Below, in pieces: positions 1 to 12,449 of a stretch of DNA of 64,000 nucleotides. The notes under the pieces are model-generated. The model had not been told where the DNA came from, did not search any database, and was given only the letters and a program-made list of their open reading frames with translations. The position numbers were made by a program, and so were the translations under genes. Source of the DNA: Mobula hypostoma (lineage: Eukaryota); the NCBI RefSeq assembly GCF_963921235.1, contig NC_086097.1:178500001-178564000 (forward strand). The letters run 5' to 3'. Every line of letters starts with the position of its first letter. Position 1 is the first letter of the stretch.

Positions 1-920
1 ATGTGTGTGAGGCCGGTTTTCTGTGCTCAGTGTCAGATGTGGGAGGTCCTAGAGACGCCCAGGCTCCCAGACGGCCACATCTGCACCAGGTGCATCAAGC
101 TGCAACTCCTTAGGGACTGCGTTAGGGACTGGAGATGCAGCTCGATGACCTTCGTCTGGTCAGGGACAGTGAGGAGGTGACAGAGGAGCTATAGGCAGGT
201 AGTCACCCCGGGACCACAGGAGACAGAGAAGTGGGTAAGGGAAGGGCAAGAAGCAGGTACTAGAGAGTACACCAGTGGCTGTCCCCCTTAACAATAAGTA
301 TTCCTGCTTGAGTACTGTTGGGGGGGGGGGGATGGCCTACCTGGGGGAAGCAACAGTGGCTGTGCCTCCAACACAGAGTCTGGCCCTGTGGCTCAGAAGG
401 GTTGGGAAAGGAAGAGGATGGCAGCAGTGATAAGGGACTCTATATTTAGGGGATCAGTTAAGTGATTCTTGGATGCAGGAAAGAAACGCAGATGGTAGCT
501 TGCCTCCCGTGTGCCAGGGTCCAGGATGTGTCTGATCGCGTCCACGATATCTTGAAGTGGGAGGGTGAACAGTCAGAAGTCGTGGTACATATTGGTACCA
601 ACGACATAGGTAGGAAAAGGGAGGAGGTCCTGAAAAAAGACAACAGGGAGTTAGGAAAGAAGTTGAGAAGCAGGACCTCAAAGGTAGTAATCTCGGGACT
701 ACTGCCTGTGCCACATGAAAGTGAGTATAGGAATAGAATGAGGTGGAGGATAGATGTCTGGCTGAGGGATTGGAGCAGGGGACAGGGATTCAGATTTCTG
801 AATCATTGGGACCTCTTCTGGGGCAGGTGTGACCTGTACAAAAAGGATGGGTTGCACATGAATCTGGGGGGACCAATATCCTGGTGGGAAGGTTTGCTAA
901 GGCTATTGGGGAGAGTTTAA
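1..920 (+). pseudogene. CR1 ORF1 remnant (zinc-finger-like region plus SGNH/GDSL esterase)
   Basis: FCAQCQMW..HICTRCIKLQLL at the start; VIRDS, VVHIGTND, VVISGLLPV and DGLHMN motifs; frameshifted. Confidence 0.85.
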
Positions 921-1059
921 ACTAGAATTGCTGGGGAGGGGGAACCAAACTGAAGTGACGGAGGAAAGGGAGGTTGGCTCACAAATAGAGAAAGTTTGGA
1001 GACAGTGCAAAAGGGAGGATAGGCAGGTGATAGAGAAGGGACGCGCTCATTCCAGTGGT

Positions 1060-3856
1060 TTGAGATGTGTCTATTTTAATGCGAGGAGTATCATGAATAA
1101 AGCAGATGAGTTTAGAGCGTGGATCAGTAGTTGGAGCTATGATGTTGTGGCCATTACAGAGACTTGGATGGTGCAGGGGTAGGAATGGCTACTTCAAGTG
1201 CCAGGCTTTAGATGTTTCAGAAGGGATGTGGGGGGATGCAAAAGAAGTTGGGCGTGACACTGTTGATCAGAGATAGTGTCATGGCTGCAGAAAAGGAGGA
1301 AGTCATGGAGGGATTGTCTACAGAGTCTCTGTGGGTGGAAGTTAGGAATAGGAAGGGGTTAATAACTCTACTGGGTGTTTTTTATAGACCACCCAATAGT
1401 AACAGGGACATCGAGGAGCAGATAGGGAGACAGATTCTGGAAAGGAGTCATAATAACAGGGTTGTCGTGGTGGGAGATTTTAAGTTCCCAAATATTGATT
1501 GGCATCTCCCTAGAGTGAGAGGTTTAGATGGGATGGAGTTTGTTAGGTGTGTTCAGGAAAGTTTCTTGACACGATAGTAGATAAGCCTACAAGAGGAGAG
1601 GCTGTACTTGATCTGGTATTGGGAAATGAACCTGGTCAGGTGACAGGTCTCTCAGTGGGAAAACATTTTGGAGATGGTGATCACAATTCTATCTCCTTTA
1701 CCATAGCATTAGAGAGGGATAGGAACAGACAAGTTAGGGAAATGTTTAATTGGAGTAAGGGAAACTATAAGGCTATCCGGCAGGAACTTGGAAGTATAAA
1801 TTGGAAACGGATGTTCTCAGAGAAATGTCCCGAAGAAATGTGGCAAACGTTCAGGGGATATTTGCATGGGGTTCTGAATAGCTACATTCCAATGAGACAG
1901 GAAAGGATGGTAGGGTACAAGATCCGTGGTGCACAAAGACTGTTGTAAATCTAGTCAAGAAGAAAAGAAAAGCTTATGAAAGGTTCAAAGAACTAGGTAA
2001 TGTTATGCATCTAGAAGATTATAAGGTGAGCAGAAAGGAGCTTAAGAATGAAATGAGGAGAACCAGAACGGGCCATGAGAAGGCCTTGGCAGAGAGGATT
2101 AAGGAAAACCCCAAAGCATTCTACAAGTATATGAAGAGCAAGAGGATAAGACGTGAGAGAATAGGACCAATCAAGTGTGACAGTGGGAAAGTGTGTATGG
2201 AACCGGAGGAAATAGCAGAGGTACTTAATGAATACTTTGCCTCAGTATTCACTACAGAACAGGATCTTGGTGATTGTAGAGATGACTTGCAGTGGACTGA
2301 AAAGCTTGAGAATGTAGATATTAAGAAAGAGGATGTGCTGGAGCTTTTGAAAAGCATCAAATTGGATAACTCACCGGGACCGGACAGGATGTACCCTAGG
2401 CTACTGTGGGAAGCGAGGGAGGAGATTGCTGAGCCTTTGGCAATGATCTTTAATCATCAATGAGGACAGGAGAAGTTCTGGAGGATTGGAGGGTTGCGGA
2501 TGTTGTTTCCTTATTCAAGAAAGGGAGTAGGGATAGGCCAGTGAGTCTTACTTCAGGCCAGGAAATTATAGGCCAGTGAGTCTTACTTCAGTGGTTGGTA
2601 AGTTAATGGAGGAGATCCTGAGAGGCAGGATTTATGAACATTTGGAGAGGCATAATATGATTAGGAATAGTCAGCATGGCTTTGTCAAAGGCAGGTCGTG
2701 CGTTACAAGCCTGATTGAATTTTTTGAGGATGTGACTAAGCACATTGATGAAGGTAGAGCCGTAGATGTAGTGTATATGGATTTTAGCAAGGCATTTGAT
2801 AAGGTACTCCATGCAAGGCTTATTGAGAAAGTAAGGAGGCATGGGATCCAAGGAGACATTGCTTTGTGGATTCAGAACTGGCTTGTCCACAGAAGGCAAA
2901 GCATAGTTGTAGATGGGTCATATTGTGCATGGAGGCTGGTGACAAGTTGTGTGCCTCAGGGATCTGTTCTGGGACCTCTACTCTTTGTGATTTTTATAAA
3001 TGACCTGGATGAGGAAGTGGAGGGATGGGTTAGTAAATTTGCTGATGACACAAAAGTTGGGTGTGTTGTGGATCGTGTGGAGGGCTGTCAGAGGTTACAA
3101 CGGGACATTGATTGGATACAAAACTGTGCTGAGAAGTGGCAGGCGGAGTTCAACCCAGATAAGTGTGAGGTGGCTCATTTTGGTAGGTCAAATATGATGC
3201 CAGGATATAATATTAATGGTAAGACTCTTGGCAGTGTGGAGGGTCAGAGGGATCTTGGGGTCCGAGTCCATAGGACACTCAAAGCTGCTACGCACGTTGA
3301 CTCTGTGGTTAAGAAGGCATACGGTGCACTGGCCTTCATCAATTGTGGGATTGAGTTTAAGAGTTGAGAGGTAATGTTGCAGCTATATAGGACCCTGGTA
3401 AGACCCCACTTGGAGTACTGTGCTCAGTTCTGGTTGTCTCACTGTAGGAAGGACGTGGAAACCATTGAAAGGGTGCAGAGGAGATTTACAAGGATGTTGC
3501 CTGGATCGGGGAGCATGCCTTATGAGAATAGGTTGAGTGAACTCAGCCTTTTCTCCTTGGAGTGACAGAGGATGAGAGGTGACTTGATAGAGATGTACAA
3601 GATAACGAGAGGCATTGATCATGTGGATAGTCAGAGGTTTTCCCCCAGGGCTGAAATGGCTAGCACAAGAGGGCATAGTTTTAAGGTGCTGGGGAGTAGG
3701 TACAGAGGAGATGTCAGGGGTAAGTTTTTTATCCATAGGGTGGTGAGTGCGTGGAATGGGCTGCCATCGGCAGTGGTGGAAGTGGAAACGATAGGGTCTT
3801 TTAAGATACTCCTGGATGGCTACATGGAGCTTAGAAGAATAGAGGGCTATGTGTAA
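1060..3856 (+). pseudogene. CR1 ORF2 remnant (APE endonuclease plus reverse transcriptase)
   Basis: YFNARSI, VAITETW, YRPPNS, VVGDF, DHNSI and RT motifs are spread over several ORF fragments separated by stops and frameshifts. Confidence 0.92.
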
Positions 3857-4109
3857 AGCCTAGGTAGTTCTAAGGTAAGGACATGTTCGGCACAGTTTTG
3901 TGGGCCAAAGGGCCTGTATTGTGCTGTATGTTTTCTATGTTTCTAAGTTTTTCACTGCATCGTGGTACATGGTGACAATAATAACCCAATATCAATACTT
4001 ATTTTTAAAATGTAACCCCTCAGTTCCAGACTGAGCCAGGGGAAATGCTAACTTGCATCTCTCCTGGTATTTGTACTGGTTTATTATTTTCACATGGGGA
4101 GACAAATCA

Positions 4110-4800
4110 GAGTTGGACATTCACAGTGAATGGTTGAACCCTGGGGAGTATTGTAGAGCAGAGGGACTTGGGAGTACAAGTACAGGGTTCCATGGAAGCG
4201 GTCTTGCAGGTTTGCAGAGTGGTGAAGAAGGCTTTTGGCTCATTAGCCTTCATCAGTCAGGGTACTAAGTACAGAAGTTGTGATGTTATGTTGTACAAGA
4301 CATTGCTGAGGCCACATTTGGAATATTGTGTTCAGTTTTGGTCACCCTGCTATGGGAATGATGCCCTTAGATGGAAAGAGTGCAGAGGAGATCTATGGGA
4401 ATGTTTCCAGTCCTTAAGGGGTGAGTTATGGTGAGAGGTTGAGCAGGTTCGGACTTTATTTATTAGAGTGTAGGAAAATGAGCATAGTCTTTTTTCCTGG
4501 GTTGGGGAAACTAGAGGATGAGAGGAGTATAAAATCATAAGAGTATAAGAGTGTGCACAGATTTAATTGGATCCTGTACAGCATTTTATTTCACCCAGTA
4601 GGCGGTCAGTATATTGACTAAACTGCCAGAGGAAGTGGTTGCAGCAGGCATATTAACAGCATTGAAAAGACACTTCACACGTACATGGATAGGAAAAGTG
4701 AAGAGGGATACGGACCAAATGCTGGCAAGTAGGACTAGTTTGGATGAGAATCTTGGTTGGCATGGACCATTTCCCTCCTGTCTAACTCTATGACTCTATG
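4110..4800 (+). mobile_element. Old CR1 3' fragment
   Basis: LYKTLLRPHLEYCVQFWSP motif; tail ctctatgactctatg. Confidence 0.85.
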
Positions 4801-4859
4801 AGACACTGTATAACCCTTTTATTTGCATGCCGTCCCGACAGATCTTGCCTTGCATAAGT

Positions 4860-5300
4860 TCATTGAGGAAGTCAAAAGTAAAACAATGTTGAATATAGTA
4901 TTACAGTTTGAGGGAAAGTATAATGCAGTGAAACAGATAAAGTGCAAGGATCACGTTGAGGTAGATTGGGAGATCAAGAGTTACTCTTTAGCGAAGGAGA
5001 GGTCAGTGATAGAATCTGTTAGCAGTGGGATAGAAGCTATCCTGCAGACTGATGGATATGCTTTCAAGCTTCTATATCTTCCAACTGGCACAACAGGGGA
5101 GAAGAGAGCATATCTGGTGTGGGTGTGATCTTTGATTATGTTGACTGCATATATAAGGCAGCGGGAAGTGTGGATGCAGTCAATGGAGGAAGGTTAGTTT
5201 GTGTGGTAGGATGATCTATGTTCACATCTCTCCGCAATTTCCTGCAGTTTGGGCAAGTAGTAGCCATTTCAAACTGTGATGCATCAGGATTGGATCCTGC
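4860..5300 (-). mobile_element. Old Rex1/Babar-type LINE 3' end/UTR
   Basis: Similar to the window copies at 11240-12225 and 54720-55270. Confidence 0.6.
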
Positions 5301-5344
5301 CAAGTGCTGTAAGAGTTTTGTGAAACTCAGAGATTAACTTTTCT

Positions 5345-5830
5345 GTTTCTAAACTCAGTCTGCTTAATCGCTCCTTGTTACAAGCCCCTATCTCAGGAAT
5401 CAGTCTGGTGAAGCCTTCAGCGTCCTCACTTTATTGTGAGTATTTCCTTCCTCAGGCAGGGAGACCAGACCTGCTCACAACATTCCAGATATAGTCTCAC
5501 CAGGGCCCTACATAATTAGAGGTAGACATCTCTAGTCTTCTCCCTAAATCCTCTTGTAATAAAGGTTAATATACCGGTTCCATTCCTAATTACTTGCTGA
5601 ACCTCTATGTTAACTTTCAGTGCAAGAAAGCACAGGTGTCTCTGAGCACCAACACCTTCCACGTCATTCCTGCTTTCAATCAAAGTAAATGACCTTACGG
5701 TTTTCTACATTATATTCTATCTGCCATGCATTTGCCAAAGTGGTTAACATGCCTCTGCCCTTCTGATGCCTCTCTGCATCCTACTCACGGTCCACAATGG
5801 CTCCTGATTTTGTTTCAGCAGCAAACAAAA
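5345..5830 (-). mobile_element. Old CR1 RT fragment
   Basis: The reverse strand gives degenerate LYVGPGETISG/LEYC-region sequence resembling the other CR1 copies. Confidence 0.65.
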
Positions 5831-6699
5831 CTGAAAGCCCTCAAAATAGATTACTCCATAATCTACATAAAATAGTCAAGATTCAAGCCTTGCTGATAAA
5901 ACCTGTTCTTATTGAACACTATTTCACATCCGTACTGTTCTAGTGAATCTGTGCAGCATCACAAAATGAAGTATTCTCTCCTGCAGATCGATTCAGTAAA
6001 CACAGATACAGAATATAGAACAGAAAGGCAGCTACAGGTCCTTCAGCCCATGATGTTGTGCCAACCTATATAAACCTCCTCCACCATCTTTCTAAAACTT
6101 CCCATCTCCACAGCACTCCAAATTTCTTACATCCATGTGCCTATCTAACAGTCTCTTAAATGTCCCAATTGTATCAGCCTTCACTGGGCCCACCTTCCCA
6201 GTGGACTCAGAAGGATTCACAGACCTGGGGCTCCAGTCATTAGGCCTCAAATTCTGGACCTCCAATTGACCTTTGGGCTTCAATCTGGACCTCTGATTGA
6301 GCTTTGGGCTTCGATGTTTGGTATTGACTCAGCACTCGCCAATGATGATGAATGAGGTCCCTGGATGAGAACCCGAATTCCAGGCCTTGAACTCTGGACT
6401 TGCCAGGACCCCGAGCATCCTTGCCTGTCTACTGGCCCAACATCTGACCATGTCCATGTTGCTAGCCTTTAAACGCAGTGTGGAGGCTTAGGTTCCAGCC
6501 TGTCTTCCAATTTCCCAACTCCCTGTCCCTAAACCTTAGCTTGGGCCCTAACTCCACACTCTGCCACTGAAACCATCCCTATGAATTAAAAAAAACTAAA
6601 GAAAAGGTCTGAGGTCTCCGTCAAGGTCATGGTCTGAGCCATGACCTTGACGGAGTCTGCAGCTTGGTACTATCTTTTGTCAGAAGGTGAATTCCATAC

Positions 6700-7290
6700 T
6701 TACTTCATTGGGTAGGATGCTGAGTATAAAAGTTAGGACATCATGTTACAATTGTACAAGATGGCGGAGACTCACACTTGGAATATTGCACACATTTCTG
6801 GTCCTCATACTACAAGAAAGACGTGATTAAGTTTGAAAGGATGTAGAAAAGTTTCACAAGGATGTTGCTGGAATGGAAGGGCTCGAGTTATCAAAAGAGA
6901 TTGAATAGGCTTGGAGCTATTTCCATGGAGCAAAAGGAGCTGAGAAGAGATTTGTAAAATGATGAACGCCATAGATAAAGTGAATGGTCACAGTCTGCCT
7001 CCCAGGATACACGAATCTAAAATGAGAGGTATAGGTTTAATGTGAGAGGACAGAGATTTAAAGGGGACCATAATTTTACACAGAGATTGTTTAGTGTATG
7101 GCTTGCCAAAAGGCGCAGTGGCAGCAGGTACAATTACAACATCTGTAAAGCATTTGGACAGGTTCGTGGATAGGAGAGGTTTAGAGAGATATTGGAAGAC
7201 TGCAGGCAAATAGAACTAGCTCAGGAGGATGCCTTGGTTGCGTGGAGGTGTTGGGCCAAAGGACTTGTTTCCATGCTGTTTAACTCCATA
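6700..7290 (+). mobile_element. Old CR1 3' fragment
   Basis: HLEYCTHFWS and FTRML motifs; CR1-like 3' UTR. Confidence 0.8.
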
Positions 7291-7444
7291 TTGCTGACTT
7301 CAGGAAAAGTCTGAGACCAGCAGTAATCCAAACACTGTCCCTTTGAATTCATGTCTGCTTCAAATTAACACCAATAACCCATTCACTTTATTCTGTATCC
7401 TCCCATTAAACTATTGCGGTACCTGCACCACAGTATACAGGTAT

Positions 7445-7887
7445 ACTGCTGTGATTATCCTGACTGGTTGCATCATGGTCTGCAGAGAGTAGTGGAGTCA
7501 GCTGAATACATCACGGGCACATCCCTCCCCACCATCAATAGTATCCACAGGAGGCACTACCTCAAGAACATCCATCATCAAAGATCTCCTCCATCTGGGT
7601 CATGTCATCTCTTGCAGCTACCATCAGGTAGGAAACACAGATGCCTGAAATGCTACATCACCAGCTATTTTCTTTCAACCATTAGTTCTTGATCCAACCT
7701 GCACTACCCTAATCACTACCTCAGTTTAGCAACACTACGAACACTTTGCCCTAAAGTGCATTCTGCACCTTTTGTTTGAATTACATTCATTCTTGTAAAA
7801 ATTGAGTATAATTTATATTTTTCTTGTAAATGCAGATCTGATGCAATGTCTTAGTGATGCTGCTGTAATTTTTCATCGTACCTGTGT
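7445..7887 (+). mobile_element. Rex1/Babar-type LINE 3' end (resumes at about 9265-9300)
   Basis: LQRVVESAEYITGTSLPTI and LPSGRKHR motifs. The 3' UTR is interrupted at 7888 and continues after 9264 (cttgtgcagataacaataag). Confidence 0.75.
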
Positions 7888-9264
7888 CAGACATCACACC
7901 CTGCAAAAACTCATTTCAGGGAGGGAGCACCCCCACCCCCCTGCAACCCCATATTCCACCCCCACCCCCCCCCCCCCGGTCGACCTCCAAGGGTGTATGT
8001 AATACTTTGTTTAGTTTAGTGATTTTGTCTAATCTGTAAACCAAATTAGGTATATGCAGAAAATGTGACATTAAAATATGTACTTATATTATCATGTTTA
8101 TTCTATTACAACTTTAAGCAAGTCTACAGGGAGTTTGGCCTCATCACGTAGGACATCAATAGCATAGCTCCTTAGCAGCCAGCCAGCTAGTTTAAATAAC
8201 GTTGGCTATGCTAATGAACGAATGACACCTGTTAAACTCACCTCAACATGTCTTTTACATTTTAACCCACCTTGGGTAATAGAAAAGTCACTGTTGCAAA
8301 CAGTGCAGCGAGCAACACTGTCATTACTTTTGAGCTTGACTGTAAAGCCCGCCCACACAGAAAACTGATAGGTCTACTTAGCAGGGGTACCCCATCTTTT
8401 TTGCACCGCGGACTGGTTTAATATTGACAATATTCTTGCAGACCGACTGGCCAGGGTTGGGGGGGGGTGGGGAGGGTGTTAATCACAACCGGAATATAGG
8501 TGATAAGTCAACTATAAGTCACTTATAAGTGGCTAATACACTCAATTTCGTTTCTAAAAGGGTTTATCTAACGAATTTAATATAAAACACACAGCGCATA
8601 TTTTCCTGGTATTAGCATATAAAATCATTGCAACACACCAATATCGCTGAATCAGTGGGAGCCCTGGGCTTGTTTTCCTGCAACAAGACAGTGCCATCGA
8701 GGGGTGATGGGAGACAGTGATACTCGAAGGGGGTTCCTTATGTCCAGTCTATTCTGCAATTTAGTTTTCGTTGCATTCATTGCAGAAAACTCCACTTTGC
8801 AGAGATATGTTGGAAATGGAAGCAACGTTTACAGTGCTTTCGTGGCTATCTCAGGATATTCAGCCTTGACTTTGATCCAAAATGCCGGCAAAGATGTCAT
8901 GTCAAACATACTTTTCAGCCCGCCGTCATTTGCAAGCTCGAGGAGTTGATCTTCATCCCGCGCTGACATGGATGACGTGTGCGTAATGACCTCGCGTGCG
9001 TTCAAGTTCAACAGTGCGTGACAGGGAATGAGGAAAGGTGCAGCTGACTCATATCATTTCATATCACCAAATCATATTGTTTCCTCATGGCCCGGTGGTT
9101 GGGGACCACTCTTAAGATGAACTGAGACCAATCAGGATGCTCACTCTCCCTCTCCTTCTCAAAAAAATCAATTTCCGGGATATTGTATGTAATTTCCGGG
9201 CGTCAGGGAGCCACTATCGATATGCAGGAGACTCCCGGAACTTCCGGGAGAGGTGGGATGTCGG
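7888..9264. mobile_element. Non-autonomous TIR DNA element hosting a nested hAT
   Basis: Ends cagacatcacacc ... ggtgggatgtcgg form imperfect inverted repeats; imperfect flanking duplication cctgtgt/ccgtgt; the element splits a LINE 3' UTR. Confidence 0.65.
8382..9110 (-). mobile_element. hAT (Charlie/Buster-like) deletion derivative
   Basis: TIR-like ends caggggtacccc ... ggttggggaccact. The minus strand encodes a hAT C-terminal dimerisation remnant: FWIKVKAEYPEIATKAL*TLLPFPTYLCKVEFSAMNATKTK. Confidence 0.88.
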
Positions 9265-9605
9265 CCGTGTATAAATCTACTTGTGCAGATAACAATAAGT
9301 AACTTTACACATGAAGTTTTCTCTGACAATGTCAAAGTTGAGGTCATTGTCATCTGTACAAGTCCATGTCTGCCCAGGTGCAATGAAAAACTTCTTTGCA
9401 GCAGCATCACAGAGGCATAGCATCAAATAAGCAATATTCACGTAAAAGGAAAATAAATAATGCACAATTTTTGCAAGAAAGGACTTAAAACAGAGGCCAT
9501 TTTAGTGCAAAGTGATCAAAGTGGTCATTGTGTTGCTAAACTGAGGTGACACTTCACATTCCCAGAGTTTCTAAATGACACTGATCCAACACTCTCCCTT
9601 GCACT

Positions 9606-10520
9606 CATAGAAACCATAGAAACTACAGCACAGAAACAGGCCTTTTGGCCCTTCTTGGCTGTGCCGAACCATTTTCTGCCTAGTCCCACTGACCTGCACA
9701 CGGACCATATCCCTCCATACACCTCTCATCCATGTATCTGTCCAATTTATTCTTAAATGTTAAAAAAGAACCCGTATTTACCACCTCGTCTGGCAGCTCA
9801 TTCCATACTCCCACCACTCTCTGTGTGAAGAAGCCCCCCCTAATGTTCCCTTTAAACTTTTCCCCCTCACCCTTAACCCATGTCCTCTGGTTTTTTTCTC
9901 CCCATGCCTCAGTGGAAAAAGCCTGCTTGCATTCACTCTATCTATACCCATCATAATTTTATATACCTCTATCAAATCTCCCCTCATTCTTCTACGCTCC
10001 AGGGAATAAAGTCCCAACCTATTCAACCTTTCTCTGTAACTGAGTTTCTCAAGTCCCAGCAACATCCTTGTAAACCTTCTCTGCATTCTTTCAACCTTAG
10101 TTATATCCTTCCTGTAACTTGGTGACCAAAACTAACACAATACTCCAGATTCGGCCTCACCAATGCCTTATACAACCTCATCATAACATTCCAGCTCTTA
10201 TACTCAATACTTCGATTAATAAAGGCCAATGTACCAAAAGCTCTCTTTACGACCCTATCTACCTGTGACGACACTTTTAGGGAATTTTGTATCTGTATTC
10301 CCAGATCCTTCTGTTCCACTGCACTCCTCAGTGCCTTACCATTAACCCTGTATGTTCTACGTTGGTTTGTCCTTTCAACGTGCAATACCTCACACTTGTC
10401 AGCATTAAACTCCATCTGCCATTTTTCAGCCCATTTTTCCAGCTGGTCCAAGTCCCTCTGCAGGCTCTGAAAACCTTCCTCACTGTCTACTACACCTCCA
10501 ATCTTTGTATCATCAGCAAT
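9606..10520 (-). mobile_element. CR1 3' fragment, relatively young
   Basis: EKWQMEFNADKCEV, LYKALVRPNLEYC and RGDLIEVYKI motifs; tail seen as catagaaaccatagaaac on the plus strand. Confidence 0.93.
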
Positions 10521-11239
10521 TTTATCCGCTCACTCTCTCAGCTACCTTGGATGAAGAGGAAGCAGGTTCTGTGGCAGCTCCCTTAAGTGTCTCCAGTATA
10601 AGAGAGGGAGCAGGCATGAGAAAAACCACAAGCTAAAATCAGCATCTAATCGTTACTCATAATGGATTATTGATCGGGTAACAAATATTAAATTATGAGG
10701 TGACATCCTGAGGTTTATTTGTGCCTTTGAGAAAGTAGTGTTGCATGTAATAAGTGTTTGTGTGAGCTTCCCTGATTAAACTCGAACAGATTATCTGATG
10801 TGACGAATCCCACAGGATACGGTTGTTTGTAGCCAATTCACTCGAGTATTATAGCATTAATGTAATAATGAGTTATTTCAGTGTTTGATTAATTGAATAG
10901 CTCTTCCAAGCACCAAAAAACACAGCAAATTAAAATTATCACCAAATGTAAAGGTTGAACAATATCTTGCAAGTTGAAGAAAAGAGAGGAGCAGCTCTGG
11001 GGGAATACAGGTCTCTCATTTAGTTGTTAGAGAAGAAATATGTGTGTGGTTGCTAAATGAAGGATGACTCAATCAATCTTGAAACCCACATTCAATTTTT
11101 CATAAGAGTATGTTATTTTATTCAAAGAAATTTTAGCTTTCAGTTTTTTTTTCATTTTTTTAAACTTGGCAGTCTTACAAACATCGTAAAGATTTTGGAG
11201 AAGCCCTTGAAAGAGGTATTTTGTCTCAACTTTGTAAAT

Positions 11240-12225
11240 TGGTTATTATTGGTACAGCAGAAGACTTGTCCTGCACACCATCCATACAGATTGTTTCAAA
11301 TCAACCTCAATATAAATTAAATTGTTGCTGCTTGATGCAGTATACTTGACTATAAAAGTCACGAGGGTGACCAATGTTTTTCCAAAGGGGCCTTCAGTAT
11401 CTCTCCCTGTGACTGCAAGAAACTGCAGATTGTGGACACAACTCAGCACATCACAGAAACCTGCTCCCCCTCCATGGCCTCTGTCTACACTGCTCGCTGC
11501 CTCACTAAAGCACCCAGCATAATCAAATACCCCACTCATCCCGGACATTCTCTCTTCTCCACCCGCCATCAGACAGAAGATACAGAAGCCTGAAAATACA
11601 TACCAGCAGGCTGAAGGACAGCTTCAATCCCACTGTTATTAGACTGTACAGGGTAAAACATTAACAGAAAGCAGAATGAAGTGTTAAAGTTACCGAGAAA
11701 GTACAGTGCAGGTAGACAATAACATGCGAAACCATAACAAGCTAGATTGAGGTTGAGAATGCATCTTATTGTACTAGGGAACAATTCAACAGTGAATAAC
11801 AGCAGCATACAAGCTGCCCTTGAGCCTGATAGGCATTTAATAAGCATTTGGGCAGACAGATGAACAAGCAGGGAGTGGAGTGATATTACAGAGAAAGTGC
11901 AAGTGGACAATATGGTGCAAGGCTACGACACGGTGGCATATAAGGTGAAGAGACCTTCTTGTTGTGCAAAAGGTCCATTTAGCAGTCTAATAACAGTGGG
12001 ATTGAAGCTGTCCTTCAGCCTGCTGGTATGTATTTTCAGGCTTCTGTATCTTCTGTCTGATGGCGGGTGGAGAAGAGAGAATGTCCGGGATGAGTGGGGT
12101 ATTTGATTATGCTGGGTGCTTTAGTGAGGCAGCGAGCAGTGTAGACAGAGGCCATGGAGGGGGAGCAGGTTTCTGTGATGTGCTGAGTTGTGGCCACAAT
12201 CTGCAGTTTCTTGCAGTCACAGGGA
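11240..12225 (-). mobile_element. Rex1/Babar-type LINE 3' end, interrupted by an inverted duplication
   Basis: Aligns by eye with the uninterrupted copy at 54720-55200; contains two partial copies of the 3' UTR segment. Confidence 0.75.
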
Positions 12226-12315
12226 GAGATACTGAAGGCCCCTTTGGAAAAACATTGGTCACCCTCGTGACTTTTATAGTCAAGTGTGTTGCATCAAGCA
12301 GCAACAATTTAATTT
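11314..12315. repeat. Long inverted repeat: 333-bp arms, 336-bp spacer
   Basis: 11314-11646 is the reverse complement of 11983-12315, with about 4 mismatches counted by eye. The ORF track shows the mirrored identical peptides. Confidence 0.97.
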
Positions 12316-12449
12316 CTATGGCACCTGTCAGGTAGGGAAAGTCATAAGGTGTTCTACTGAACAGTTATCCATCTTCAGAGCTGAACTGACTGAACAAGAC
12401 ATTGAGATGAGGTGTTAGGTGGGGAGAGGGGCTGTGGAGTTCAGGGAGG

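Larger units (their letters stand above)
1..3946 (+). mobile_element. Near-full-length decayed CR1 LINE (5' end lies outside the window)
   Basis: ORF1 remnant (Cys knuckle plus SGNH esterase) is followed by ORF2 fragments: endonuclease, RT (QHGF, YMDFSKAFDKV, VPQGSVLGPLLF, KFADDTK) and C-terminal RGH..K / WN.LP. It ends in a TATGTTTC-type tail. Confidence 0.95.

Noticed and set aside
10542..10586. LPWMKRK resembling a Hox hexapeptide
   Set aside because: A stop follows within a few codons, there is no splice donor, and no homeobox is visible in the window.
11246..12335. Duplicated gene pair (MAGGEERMSG...) on opposite strands
   Set aside because: These are shadow ORFs of the inverted duplication of LINE-derived sequence.
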